A stretch of 64,000 bases of DNA from an uncultured Acidimicrobiaceae bacterium (GTDB taxonomy: Bacteria > Actinomycetota > Acidimicrobiia > Acidimicrobiales > RAAP-2). The notes beneath the pieces were generated by a model that searched no databases, had not been told where the DNA came from, and worked only from the letters and a program-made list of their open reading frames with translations. Positions 25,168-35,179 of the stretch are shown in pieces. The stretch is taken from contig CAVTXA010000004.1 of NCBI GenBank assembly GCA_963738545.1, positions 8,391 through 72,390 of the forward strand, written 5' to 3'. The first letter of the stretch is position 1. Every line of letters begins with the position of its first letter. Both the position numbers and the translations under genes were made by a program.

Positions 25168-26829
25168 TCAGGAGAGCGACTCGTCGAGCTCGCCCAGCGA
25201 GTGGATGAGCTCGAGGTTGGCCGAATAGTCGACGGGACAGGCGATGACCGAGACGGTGTCGGCGGACAAGGCCGTGCGCAGGGTGGGCAGCAGCTCCTCG
25301 GCCCGGGTGATCCGGTAGCCGACGGCGCCGAAGCTCTCGGCGTAGGCCACAAAGTCAGGGTTGGAGAACGTGGTGTCGACGTCATGGCCCAGCTCCAGGT
25401 CCATCTTCCAGCTGATCAGGCCGTAGGCGTCGTCCACCCAGATGAGGACGACCATGGCGATCCGTTCCCGCAGGGCGGTCTCGATCTCCTGGCTGTTCAT
25501 GAGGAAGGAGCCGTCCCCGGTGGCCACCAGCACCTTGGCCTCGGGCCGGGCGATCTTGGCGCCGATGGCGCCGGGAAGGGTCCAGGCCATGGTGGACAGA
25601 CCGTTGGAGATCAGACAGGTGTTCGGTGCGTAGGTGGGGTAGAGCCGGGCCATCCACATCTTGAGGGCGCCGGTGTCCACCAACACGATGTCGTCGCGGC
25701 CGAGAGCGGCCCGCGTGTCGGCCACGATGCGCGCCGGTGCCAACGGGAAGCGGGCGTCGCCCCGGCCCCGGTCCAGCTCGTCGGCCAGGAGGCCCCGGAT
25801 GCTGAACCCGTCGACCGGCGCGTCGAAGCGCCGGTCGACCGCCGTGCCCAGCGCATCGAGGCTGGCTCCGATGTCGGCCTGGAGGCCCACCGCCACGTTG
25901 TAGTGCCGGTCCACTTCGGCCGGGAACCGGTGGATATGGATGATCGCCTTGTCCCCACGGGGATTGATCCGCACCGGATCGAACTCCTGGAGCTCGTAGC
26001 CGACCGTCACCACCACGTCCGCCTGGTCGAAGCCGAAGTTGACGTAGTCGTGGCGCATGAACCCGATGGCCCCGAGGGCGAGCGGGTGGTCATCGGGGAA
26101 CACCCCCTTGCCGTGGAAGGTGGTGGCCACCGAGACCCCCAGCGTCTCGGCGAACCGGCGGAGCGCGTCGCCCGCACCCGCCCGGGTGGCGCCGTGACCG
26201 GCCAGCACCACCGGGCTCGCCGCCGACCCGAGGATGGCCGCGGCCCGCGAGACCTGCTCGTGGGAGGGGTCGTCGGACCGGGGGACGTTGACCGGCAGGG
26301 GCTCGGCGTCCCCGGGGGCGGGCGCCTTCTCCACGTCCTCGGGCACGGCCAGGTACACCGCCCCCGGGCGCTCGGTCTGGGCCAGTTTGAAGGCCTTGCG
26401 GATCATCTCGGGGGCCGCACCCGGGGTGGCCACCAGTGCCGACCACTTGGTCACCGGCGCGAACATCGACACCAGGTCCACCCCCTGGTGGGACTCCTTG
26501 TAGCTCCGGTCCATGCCCACCTGGGCACTCAGGGCCACCACCGGTGTGGAGTTCGTGGTGGCATCGGCCACGCCCAGCAGGAGGTTGATGGCCCCGGGGC
26601 CGAGCGTGGCCGAGCACACCCCGGCCCGTCCGGTGAGTCGGCCGTAGGTCTCGGCCATGAACGAGGCGGCCTGCTCGTGGCGGACCAGGACGTAGTGGAT
26701 GGGCGAGCGGGAGAGGGCTTCGACCAGGTGGATGTTCTCCTCCCCGGGGATGCCGAACACATGGGTCACGCCCTCGGTCTCGAGGCAGCCGACCATCAGT
26801 TCGGCCACGCTCCGGTCGGTTCCGTCCAT
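25168..26829 (-). CDS. thiamine-diphosphate enzyme, acetolactate synthase-like (large subunit / catabolic type)
   Basis: 'GIPGEENIHL', 'ATLGPGAINL', TPP motif 'GDGSFLMNSQE'. Start set at the ATG at 26829; the 785-aa ORF runs antisense through the MarR gene. Confidence 0.85.
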   Translation of the reverse strand: MDGTDRSVAELMVGCLETEGVTHVFGIPGEENIHLVEALSRSPIHYVLVRHEQAASFMAETYGRLTGRAGVCSATLGPGAINLLLGVADATTNSTPVVALSAQVGMDRSYKESHQGVDLVSMFAPVTKWSALVATPGAAPEMIRKAFKLAQTERPGAVYLAVPEDVEKAPAPGDAEPLPVNVPRSDDPSHEQVSRAAAILGSAASPVVLAGHGATRAGAGDALRRFAETLGVSVATTFHGKGVFPDDHPLALGAIGFMRHDYVNFGFDQADVVVTVGYELQEFDPVRINPRGDKAIIHIHRFPAEVDRHYNVAVGLQADIGASLDALGTAVDRRFDAPVDGFSIRGLLADELDRGRGDARFPLAPARIVADTRAALGRDDIVLVDTGALKMWMARLYPTYAPNTCLISNGLSTMAWTLPGAIGAKIARPEAKVLVATGDGSFLMNSQEIETALRERIAMVVLIWVDDAYGLISWKMDLELGHDVDTTFSNPDFVAYAESFGAVGYRITRAEELLPTLRTALSADTVSVIACPVDYSANLELIHSLGELDESLS

Positions 26830-26900
26830 GTTCGTGAGACTAATGGGGATCGACCACCCCACCCCGGTCGTCCGTCCCTCGGCCCGGGCTCCGACGCCCT

Positions 26901-27401
26901 TCAACCCACCGGGCCGTGGTCTCCGGCCTGGAGGAGATCGCTCAGACGCTCGAGCACGGGTACGGCGCGGCGCACGGCCCGCTGCTCTTCGCGGGTCAGC
27001 TCGGCCATGGCCCCCCGCAGGACCTCGGTGTAGCGGGCACGGATCTCGTTGAGGAGGGCACCACCCCGCGGGCTGAGCCGTACCAGGCTGGCCCTCCCGT
27101 CCAGGGGATCGGGCACCCGGTCGATCAGGGATCGGTCGGCCAGGCTGTCGATGACCCGGCTCATGGTGGCCGCGGTGGTCCCCTCCAGCTCGGCCAGCGT
27201 GCCCAACCGCACCGGGCCCGACTGCTCGATGCGGGACAGGGCCGAGGACTGGGAGGGGGTGATGTCCGATGCCGTCTTCGAGCGGAGCTGGCGTTGGATG
27301 CGGACCAGGGCCACCCGCAGGCCGGTCGCCTCCTCGACGGCACGGAGCTCGCCGTCGCCCGCCCGGCCTCTCCGCTCCTCGCCCTTGGTCTCCAGCTTCA
27401 T
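26901..27401 (-). CDS. MarR family transcriptional regulator
   Basis: 'LSRIEQSGPVRLGTLAELEGTTAATMSRVIDSLADRSLIDRVPDPLDGRASLVRLSPRG'. Divergent from the MFS gene. An alternative GTG start is at 27419. Confidence 0.8.
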   Translation of the reverse strand: MKLETKGEERRGRAGDGELRAVEEATGLRVALVRIQRQLRSKTASDITPSQSSALSRIEQSGPVRLGTLAELEGTTAATMSRVIDSLADRSLIDRVPDPLDGRASLVRLSPRGGALLNEIRARYTEVLRGAMAELTREEQRAVRRAVPVLERLSDLLQAGDHGPVG

Positions 27402-27441
27402 CGCTTCCCCTTGTACCACCGCCGGTCCGGTTCAGTATACT

Positions 27442-27457
27442 TAGTTGTTGACAACTA
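27442..27457. promoter_or_regulatory. perfect 7-2-7 palindrome TAGTTGT-TG-ACAACTA containing a TTGACA hexamer; candidate MarR operator / -35 box
   Basis: Read directly in the 110-bp AT-rich gap between the divergent MarR and MFS genes. Confidence 0.5.
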
Positions 27458-27511
27458 TCTACCCGTCCGCCCCGCCCCGTCCCACGGGAGCAGAGCCGGA
27501 GCAGGAGCCGG

Positions 27512-29305
27512 ATGCCCCCCGTCACCGAATCGAAGAACTACAAGTGGGTGGCCCTCACCAACACCACGATCGGCACCCTGATGGTCACCATCAACGCCTC
27601 GATCCTGCTCATCGCCCTGCCCGACATCTTCCGGGGCATCGGCCTCAACCCTCTCTCCCCGGGCAACACCTCCTACTTCCTGTGGATCCTGATGGGTTTC
27701 CTCCTGGTGACCTCGGTGCTGGTGGTGAGCTTCGGGAGGGTCGGCGACATCTTCGGCCGGGTCAGGATGTACACCCTCGGCTTCGCCATCTTCACCGTCT
27801 TCTCCATCCTCTTGTCGGTCACCTGGATGACGGGGCCCGACGCCGCCCTGTGGATCATCATCATGCGGGTGGGCCAGGGGGTCGGCGGCGCCTTCATCTT
27901 CGCCAACTCCATGGCCATCATCACCGACGCCTTCCCTCCCGGCGAACGCGGCTTCGCCATCGGGATCCAAGGGGTGGCGGCCATCGGCGGCTCGTTCATC
28001 GGCCTCCTGCTGGGCGGGCTGCTGGCGCCCGTCGAGTGGCGACTGGTCTTTCTCGTCTCGGTGCCCTTCGGCATCTTCTCCACCCTGTGGGCCTACTTCC
28101 GGCTCCACGACAACGGGGTGCGGATCCAGGCCAGCATCGACTGGATCGGCAACATCGCCTTCGCCGTCGGTCTGGTGGCCGTGCTGACCGGCATCGTCTA
28201 CGGGCTCCAGCCCTACGGGGGCCACACCATGGGGTGGACCAGCCCCTTCGTGCTGGGCTGCCTGCTCGGCGGCGTGGCCGTGCTCGCCGGGTTCGTGCTC
28301 ATCGAGCACCACGTGGACGACCCCATGTTCCAGCTCCACCTGTTCCGGTCCCGGGCCTTCACCATGGGCAACCTGGCCGGCCTGCTGGCCGCCCTGGCCC
28401 GGGGCGGCCTGCAGTTCATGCTGATCATCTGGCTGCAGGGGATCTGGCTCCCCCTCCACGGGTACAGCTTCGAGCAGACCCCCCTCTGGGCCGGGATCTA
28501 CATGGTCCCCCTGACCGTGGGGTTCTTCATCTCGGGACCCCTGTCCGGGCGGCTGGCCGACCGGTTCGGCCCCCGTCCCTTCGCCACCGCCGGCCTGGTC
28601 CTCACCGGGATCAGCCTGCTCGGACTGCAGGCCCTGCCCATGAACTTCCCCTACCCCCTGTTCGCCCTCATGCTCCTCCTCTTCGGCCTCTCGCTCGGCA
28701 TGTTCGCCGCACCCAACACCAGTGCCGTGATGAACAGCCTCCCGGCCAATCAGCGGGGGGCGGGCGGCGGCATGCTCAACACCTTCCAGAACTCGGCCAG
28801 CGTGCTCTCCATCGGCTTCTTCTTCACGCTCATCACCCTGGGGCTGGCCTCGGCCCTCCCCCACGCGCTGCTCTCCGGGCTCACCGCCCAGGGGGTGCCG
28901 GCCTCCGCGGCCCGGTCCATCTCCCACCTCTCCCCCATCGGCAGCCTGTTCGCCGCCTTCCTCGGGATCAACCCCATCCACCAGCTCCTCGGCACCCACC
29001 TGTTGGCCCAGCCCGGCGTGCACGCCAGCTACCTGACCGGCACGAGTTTCTTCCCCAACCTCATCGCCGGTCCCTTCGGCAAGGGGTTGCGGCTGGCCTT
29101 CGTGATGGCCGCGGCCATGTGCTTCCTCGGCGCGGTGTTCTCCTGGCTGCGGGGGCCCGGACCGTCGGTGCAGATGCTGACGGCGGCCGAGGAGGCCGAA
29201 GAAGGTCTGGCCGACGTCGGTGACGTCGCCATGGCCGAGGTCGGGGCAGGGTCCCCGGGTGCGTACTTCGAGCCCGACGTCACCGCCGGCGCCCGGAGTA
29301 CCTGA
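27512..29305 (+). CDS. MFS transporter, DHA2 (14-TMS EmrB/QacA-like) family
   Basis: 'SILLIALPDI', 'GRVGDIFGRVRMY', about 14 hydrophobic segments. Confidence 0.85.
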   Translation: MPPVTESKNYKWVALTNTTIGTLMVTINASILLIALPDIFRGIGLNPLSPGNTSYFLWILMGFLLVTSVLVVSFGRVGDIFGRVRMYTLGFAIFTVFSILLSVTWMTGPDAALWIIIMRVGQGVGGAFIFANSMAIITDAFPPGERGFAIGIQGVAAIGGSFIGLLLGGLLAPVEWRLVFLVSVPFGIFSTLWAYFRLHDNGVRIQASIDWIGNIAFAVGLVAVLTGIVYGLQPYGGHTMGWTSPFVLGCLLGGVAVLAGFVLIEHHVDDPMFQLHLFRSRAFTMGNLAGLLAALARGGLQFMLIIWLQGIWLPLHGYSFEQTPLWAGIYMVPLTVGFFISGPLSGRLADRFGPRPFATAGLVLTGISLLGLQALPMNFPYPLFALMLLLFGLSLGMFAAPNTSAVMNSLPANQRGAGGGMLNTFQNSASVLSIGFFFTLITLGLASALPHALLSGLTAQGVPASAARSISHLSPIGSLFAAFLGINPIHQLLGTHLLAQPGVHASYLTGTSFFPNLIAGPFGKGLRLAFVMAAAMCFLGAVFSWLRGPGPSVQMLTAAEEAEEGLADVGDVAMAEVGAGSPGAYFEPDVTAGARST

Positions 29306-29320
29306 CTCGTCGCCCTACGA

Positions 29321-30250
29321 CTAGCCGATCTGCATCAGCAGCGAACCCCAGGCCATGCCGGCCCCGAACCCGGCCATCACCACGGTGTCCCCGGCCCGCA
29401 GGCGGTCCGAGGCCACGGCGGCGTCGAGGGCCAGGGGGATCGAGGCGGCCGAGGTGTTGCCGGTGTCCGCGACCACCGACAGGCACCGGTCCTCGGGGAT
29501 GCCCAGCCGGACCGTGATGGCCTCGATGATGCGCTGGTTGGCCTGGTGGGGTACGAAGAACGACACGTCATCGACGGCGTGACCCGCCTCGTCGAGCAGT
29601 CGGGCCACCGAGTCCGAACAGAGCCGGACGGCCTGTCGGAACACCTCGGACCCCTTCATCACGAAGGTGCCGCCGTGGTCGGCATAGAGGGCCCAGCCGA
29701 GCGAGCCGTCCATGCCGAGGTCGGCCCAGACGCCGTGCTCGGGGAGCGGTGACCGTTCGAGGACGATGGCCCCCGCCCCGTCGGCCATCAGGATGGCGGT
29801 GCTCCGGTCGAGCGGGTCCGTGATCCGGGACAGCTGCTCGGCCCCGATGACCAGGATCCGCCGGTGGCTGGCCGTGAGGCTGCTGGCGATGGCTGTGGCG
29901 TAGACGAAGCCGGTGCAGGCCACATTGATGTCGAAAGCCGCGCAGTGCAGGCCCAGTTCGTCCTGGACGGCGGCCGACGTCGGGGGCAGGATCTGGTCCG
30001 GGGTGCAGGTGGCCAGCACCAGGCAGTCGATGTCGCCGGGGTCCAGTCCGGCCCGGCCCAGGGCTTGGCGTGCCGCTCCGGCGGCCAGCGCCGACGTGGG
30101 CCCGCCGTGGCGCCGGCTGGCGATACCGGTGCGGGTCCTGATCCACTCGTCGCTGGTGTCGAGGTACGAAGCGAAGTGCTCGTTGGTCACCACGGCGTCG
30201 GGCAGCGACTGCCCGACGCCGATGATCTTCGCTCGTCCCATGAGAGGCAT
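29321..30250 (-). CDS. fabH: 3-oxoacyl-ACP synthase III
   Basis: 'TSDEWIRTRTGI', active-site 'ACTGFVYA', 'VPHQANQRII', 'GNTSAASIP'. Start set at the ATG at 30250. Confidence 0.85.
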   Translation of the reverse strand: MPLMGRAKIIGVGQSLPDAVVTNEHFASYLDTSDEWIRTRTGIASRRHGGPTSALAAGAARQALGRAGLDPGDIDCLVLATCTPDQILPPTSAAVQDELGLHCAAFDINVACTGFVYATAIASSLTASHRRILVIGAEQLSRITDPLDRSTAILMADGAGAIVLERSPLPEHGVWADLGMDGSLGWALYADHGGTFVMKGSEVFRQAVRLCSDSVARLLDEAGHAVDDVSFFVPHQANQRIIEAITVRLGIPEDRCLSVVADTGNTSAASIPLALDAAVASDRLRAGDTVVMAGFGAGMAWGSLLMQIG

Positions 30251-30342
30251 GGTGGTCTGCTCCGCGCTGCAAGGTGGGTCACCGCGCCCACTCCCGATCG
30301 TCCGCCAGGGAGAGCCCGATGCATCACCCGCCATTCAACATC

Positions 30343-30359
30343 GGCTCGGGCCCCGAGCC
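30343..30359 (-). terminator. GC hairpin GGCTCGGG/CCCGAGCC about 110 nt downstream of the aldo/keto reductase gene
   Basis: Read directly. It is followed on the minus strand by GATGTTGAATGG. Weak. Confidence 0.3.
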
Positions 30360-30471
30360 AATTCCGATGACACAGGTTCTAGTGCCTTCGGCACCCCGGC
30401 ACCTCCATGGTGACCCGGTATGAAGTCCTACCGGTGGGTAACCCGCACACGGGTGCCGGTCAGAGCCAGGG

Positions 30472-31335
30472 TCAGTTCGGGATGTAGTCGAAGGTGTCCG
30501 GATCGGGCCCGGTCCGCTCGTCACGGTTGAGACCGCTGATGGCCTCCATGGCCTCATCGTCGAGCTCGAAGTCGAAGAGCTCGAAGTTGTCCCGCACGCG
30601 GGACGCGGTCACCGACTTGGGGAAGACGATGTCCCCCCGCTGGATGTGCCAGCGCAGCACCACCTGGGCCGGCGTCCGGGCCGCAGCCGCGGCCACCGAG
30701 GTGATGACCGGATCGTCGAGGACCAGTCCCTGGGCGATGGGTGACCAGGCCTCGGTGGCGATCCCGTGATCGGCGTCATACTTCCGCAGCGGATCCTGGG
30801 TCAGGTAGGGGTGGATCTCGATCTGGTTCACCGCCGGCACCACGTCGGTCTCGTCCCGCAACCGGTCCAGATGATGGGGCTGGAAGTTCGAGACGCCGAT
30901 GGACCGGACCCGCCCGTCGCGCTGGAACTCGATGAGGGTCTGCCAGGTGGCCACGAAGTCGCCGTCGTAGAGGGTGGGGAGCGGCCAGTGGATGAGGAAC
31001 AGGTCGAGGTAGTCGAAACCCAGTGCCTCGAGCGTCCCGTCGAAGGCTTTCCGGGCGTCGTCCGGTCGGTGGAACCCGTTGTTGAGCTTGCTGGTGACGA
31101 ACACCTCCCCACGGTCGAGCCCCGATCGGGCCACCGCCTCGCCCACCTCCCGCTCGTTGCCGTACATCTCGGCCGTGTCGATGTGGCGATAGCCGATCTC
31201 CAGGGCCCGTGCCGTGGCCTCCACGGTCTCGGCCGGCTTGATCTGGAAGACCCCGAACCCGAGCTGGGGGATGGTGTGGCCGTCGTTGAGGGTCAACGCG
31301 GGCACGTTCCCCGGTCCTGTCGCCTGCTGGTCCAT
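30472..31335 (-). CDS. aldo/keto reductase (2,5-diketo-D-gluconate reductase-like)
   Basis: 'IPQLGFGVF', 'YRHIDTAEMYGNE', 'LFLIHWP'. Confidence 0.85.
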   Translation of the reverse strand: MDQQATGPGNVPALTLNDGHTIPQLGFGVFQIKPAETVEATARALEIGYRHIDTAEMYGNEREVGEAVARSGLDRGEVFVTSKLNNGFHRPDDARKAFDGTLEALGFDYLDLFLIHWPLPTLYDGDFVATWQTLIEFQRDGRVRSIGVSNFQPHHLDRLRDETDVVPAVNQIEIHPYLTQDPLRKYDADHGIATEAWSPIAQGLVLDDPVITSVAAAAARTPAQVVLRWHIQRGDIVFPKSVTASRVRDNFELFDFELDDEAMEAISGLNRDERTGPDPDTFDYIPN

Positions 31336-31599
31336 CGGTGCCTCTCCTCGTCGTCGATGATGCCGCGGGGCTACGCCCCGCCCCCACCTTGTACCCCGTG
31401 CGGGCCGGTGGCAACCCGCACCACGTCACCGGCGCTGGGTCGACCCTCCGGGCCCCGGCCGCCCACCCCGTATGCCCGGCCCGTGGGCGGTACGCTGCCG
31501 GGGATCCGGTACCCCGACGCCCCGTCGTGGCGGGGAGATCCGGTGGGTGGACCCCGACAGAGACCTGACGAGCCGATGACCTGGTGATCTGGTGACACA

Positions 31600-32304
31600 G
31601 TGACGGAGGAAGCGACCGGCCCCCGGCGGCCCCTCGGGGCCGTCCGTCGCAGCGCCGAGGGCGATCAGGGGGAGCCCCGCTGGCCCATGGCCGTGGCCGT
31701 GCTGGCCACCGGGGTCCTCCGGGCCGGACTGCCGGGCCCGCTTCGGGCCGGCGACTCGCGGTGGCTGTACCTGGTGGTGGTGACCGTCCTCCTCGGCATC
31801 CTGATCATCGGCGATCCGGGGCGCATCGACCGGGACAAGCGGTGGCTGCGGATCATGACCGGGTCGCTCATCGGCCTCATCTCCCTGGTCAACGCCACGG
31901 CGGCGGTGAGGCTGGTCGCCAGCATCCTCAGCACCCAGCCCTTCACCAACGATGCCAACACCCTGCTGATCAGCGGAGGGGCCATCTGGCTCACCAATGT
32001 GATCGCCTTCGGGCTCTGGTACTGGGACGTGGACGGTGGCGGCGCGGCCGCCCGGGCCCGGGGTCCGGTGGCCCACCCGGCCTTCGTCTTCCCCGAGATG
32101 ATCAACCCCCAGTTCGTGCGGGCCGGGTGGTATCCGAAGTTCGTCGACTACCTCCACCTCTCCTTCACCACCGCCACCGCCTTCAGCCCTACCGACGTCT
32201 CCGCCGTCCGGCCGTGGGCCAAGCTCATGATGATGGCCGAGGAGTCCATCTCGCTGGTGGTGGCCATCCTGGTCGTGGCCAGGGCCGTCAACATCCTGAA
32301 GTAG
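31600..32304 (+). CDS. DUF1345-type membrane protein
   Basis: 'FVDYLHLSFTTATAFSPTDV' and the 4-5 TM layout match my recollection of DUF1345. Confidence 0.65.
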   Translation: MTEEATGPRRPLGAVRRSAEGDQGEPRWPMAVAVLATGVLRAGLPGPLRAGDSRWLYLVVVTVLLGILIIGDPGRIDRDKRWLRIMTGSLIGLISLVNATAAVRLVASILSTQPFTNDANTLLISGGAIWLTNVIAFGLWYWDVDGGGAAARARGPVAHPAFVFPEMINPQFVRAGWYPKFVDYLHLSFTTATAFSPTDVSAVRPWAKLMMMAEESISLVVAILVVARAVNILK

Positions 32305-32322
32305 CCGGCCCCACCCCCTCCC

Positions 32323-33474
32323 TCAGTCGAAGGCGCCCGTCCCGAGGCACGCCACGAGCGCCTCCTCGATGCACCGGGCCGTGTCCCCGATGGCCCGATC
32401 CCGCCCGAACCGCTCGGTGAGGGAGACCACGGTGGCACCGGACCCAGTGGCCGATGCCACCGCCCCGTCGGTGGCCCGGCCGGCGATGATCACCACCGGG
32501 ACGCCTGCCGCCGAGGCGTCACGCAGTACCGAACCCACCACCTTGCCCAAGAGGGAGGTCTCGTCGAAGGCGCCCTCGCCGGTCACCACCACCCGGCTGG
32601 CCGCCAGGGCCTCATGGAAGCCCAGCAACTCGGCGACCACCTCGAATCCCGACCGCAACCGTCCCCCGAGGGCCACGATGGCCCCGCCCAGCCCTCCGGC
32701 CGCGCCGGCCCCGGCCACCGAACCCACGTCGACCCCGTACCGGTCCCGGTAGGCCAGGGCCAGGGCGTCAAGCCGCTCCACCAACATCCCCACCTGGCTG
32801 TCGTCGGCCCCCTTCTGGGGCCCGAACCGGGGGGCGGCCTCGACGAAGCCCACGTCCACGTCACAGGCCCCGACCAACGACACCCCGCCGAGGCCGCCCC
32901 CCTCCTCGATGGCCGACAGCGCACCCCATCCGCCGTCCGTGGTGGCCGACCCCCCGAGACCCACCACCACCGTGCCCGTCTCGCCCGCACCGGCCGATCC
33001 GGCTCCCGCCGGCCCCGTGCCCGGCCCACGGGGGCCGGTGAGGGATCGGGCGGCGGCCAGGACCAGCTGGCCGGTGCCCCGCGTGGAGGCCGCCAACGGG
33101 TCGTTCCCTTCGGCCCCGCCGGCCAGGAGCAGGCCGGAGGCCTGGGCCATCTCCACTACCGCCACGCGGCCGACTCGCAGCCACCCCGCGGTCACCGGGG
33201 AGCCCAACGGGCCCTCCACCTCGACCTCGAGGCGCTCGCCCCCCACGGCGCCGAGCGCCTCGAGCAGTCCCTCGCCGCCGTCGGCCAGCGGCAGCTGCCG
33301 GGTGGACCACCCGAGCGCCGAGGCGCCACGGGCCATGGCCCCGGCCGCCTCGGCAGCGCTGACGGTGCCCCGGAACTTGTCCGGGGCGGCCAGGAGCTGG
33401 CGATCCGCTCCCCCTCCGGGTCCACCGGGAGCGGGCCCCTCGTCCCTCGTCCGCCGGTCGCCCACGAGCTCCAT
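32323..33474 (-). CDS. glycerate kinase
   Basis: 'APDKFRGTVSAAEAA', 'LPLADGGEGLLEAL', C-terminal 'VVTGEGAFDETSLLGKV'. Confidence 0.8.
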   Translation of the reverse strand: MELVGDRRTRDEGPAPGGPGGGADRQLLAAPDKFRGTVSAAEAAGAMARGASALGWSTRQLPLADGGEGLLEALGAVGGERLEVEVEGPLGSPVTAGWLRVGRVAVVEMAQASGLLLAGGAEGNDPLAASTRGTGQLVLAAARSLTGPRGPGTGPAGAGSAGAGETGTVVVGLGGSATTDGGWGALSAIEEGGGLGGVSLVGACDVDVGFVEAAPRFGPQKGADDSQVGMLVERLDALALAYRDRYGVDVGSVAGAGAAGGLGGAIVALGGRLRSGFEVVAELLGFHEALAASRVVVTGEGAFDETSLLGKVVGSVLRDASAAGVPVVIIAGRATDGAVASATGSGATVVSLTERFGRDRAIGDTARCIEEALVACLGTGAFD

Positions 33475-33597
33475 GCCCTTGTCTTACTCGACGCACCCAC
33501 TGCCGCCCCACTCGGGACCGGGCACCCGCTCGGGGCCGAGCCCCACCTGCACGGGGTGGCGAGTAATCTCCCTGCGGGGGGCATGCCTGCTCTCCGC

Positions 33598-34248
33598 ATG
33601 CACGTCTCTATGGACCCCTCCGCCGACGACACGACCGCTACCGTCGCCGCCACGGCCGGGGCCGTCCTCCCGGGGCCGGCCCGGTCCGATGACCGGGTGT
33701 GGAAGATCCTGGCCGCGGTGGCCGCCGTGGTCCTCGTCGGCTTCATCGTCTTCGTGGTGACCCGGCCCCGCCACCCCAGGGTGACGACCTTCCCGGCCAC
33801 GCCGCCAGCCACCCTGCCGCTGCACAGCACGGCCCCACCCTTCACCCTGCCCCGTCTCGGTGGTGGTCCCGCGGTCAGCCTCACCTCGACCCGGGGCACA
33901 CCGACCGTGGTGAACTTCTTCGCCTCGTGGTGCCCCGACTGCAAGGCAGAGCTGGCCGCCTTCGGGACCCTGGCCGCCCAGACGTCCGGGCGGATGGCCG
34001 TCATCGGCGTGGACTCGAACGACAACTCCGGGAGCGCGGCCCAGACCCTGCTGGCCGCGGCCAAGGCCACCTATCCGGTGGGCGTGGACCCCAACGCCAC
34101 CGTGGCCACCTCGTTTCAGATCGAGGCCCTGCCCGTGACCTACTTCCTTGACGCCCAGGGCCGGGTGGTGCACGTGTCCTTCGGAACCCAGACCCTGGCC
34201 GCGCTGGAGCACTGGAGCGCCGTGCTGACCGGCGGAGCCGCGGCATGA
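33598..34248 (+). CDS. membrane-anchored TlpA/ResA-like thiol-disulfide oxidoreductase
   Basis: TM anchor 'ILAAVAAVVLVGFIVFVV' and thioredoxin motif 'FFASWCPDCKAE'. Alternative starts at 33583 and 33610. Confidence 0.75.
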   Translation: MHVSMDPSADDTTATVAATAGAVLPGPARSDDRVWKILAAVAAVVLVGFIVFVVTRPRHPRVTTFPATPPATLPLHSTAPPFTLPRLGGGPAVSLTSTRGTPTVVNFFASWCPDCKAELAAFGTLAAQTSGRMAVIGVDSNDNSGSAAQTLLAAAKATYPVGVDPNATVATSFQIEALPVTYFLDAQGRVVHVSFGTQTLAALEHWSAVLTGGAAA

Positions 34249-35179
34249 GCCCCGAACCGATCGGCCCGGGCGACGGCGAGGGGGCCGTCGGGACCGAAGG
34301 GCGTACCCGCGTCGCCGGGCTGTCCGAGGCGGAGCGGGCCGCGGCCTTCACCTCCGGCCAGGTGCCGGTCGACCGGAAGGCCGCGCTGCGGGCCGGGAGC
34401 GTCCCCGTCCCCCGCCGGTTCGTGCTGTGGGTCGTCGGCGGCCTTCGCCGTCCTCGGGCTGGGCGGCCTGGCCGCCGAGCACTTCCTCGGCAATGCCGGG
34501 GTCGAGTCGGTCATCTCCACCCCCCTCACCACCCTGGCCGGGACCGGCACCACCCCACCGTCCACCCCCTCGAGCCCCGACCGGCCCGGCGGTGGGCGCC
34601 TCCCCGGCGGCGGTGATCGGACTCAGGACCCTGGCCCCGAACGTGCCCCCGGCGTTGCACCTGACCGACCAGCAGGGCACCCCCTGGACCCTCGGCGAGG
34701 TCCGGGGGAAGGTGGTGGTGGTCTCCTTCCTCAACGCCGAGTGCAACGACGTCTGCCCGGTCCTGGGGTCCGAGATCGTCCAGGCCGACCGTCTGCTCGG
34801 GTCCCGGGCGTCGTCGGTGGCCTTCGTCATCGTCAACACCGACCCCCTGGAGACCTCGCTGTCGATCACACCCCCCGTCCTCACCCAGACCGGCCTCGGC
34901 TCCCTCCCCAACGTCACGTTCCTCACCGGCCCGCTCGGTGACCTGAGCCGGGTGTGGAAGGCCTACGGTGTCACCGTGGCCCTGAGCAACATCACCCGGC
35001 TGGTCAGCCACAACGACGTCATGGAGTTCATCAACCCCTCGGGGCGGTTCGCCCTGCAGGCCACGCCCTTCGGCAATGAGGACAGCTTCGGTGCCTACAG
35101 CCTCGACCCGACCACGATCCACACCTTCGCCGAGGGCGTGGCCGCGGCCGCCCGTGGCCTGATCCGGAGCCAGCCGTGA
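34245..35179 (+). pseudogene. SCO1/SenC-family copper chaperone, with coding sense spread over three frames
   Basis: The ATG at 34245 overlaps the TlpA stop (ATGA). 'RRFVLWVVGG' (frame 0) continues as 'AFAVLGLGGLAAEHF' (frame 1). 'AAVIGLRTLAPNVPPALHLTDQQG..FLNAECNDVCP..SHND' follows in frame 2. The 935-nt length is not a multiple of 3. Confidence 0.6.

Noticed and set aside
25168-27525. A 785-aa version of the TPP enzyme ORF, and likewise the 845-aa version of the CocE/NonD ORF (5130-7667).
   Set aside because: The N-terminal extensions are Arg/Gly/Pro junk that overlaps neighbouring genes. Conserved family N-termini begin at the internal ATGs at 26829 and 7487.
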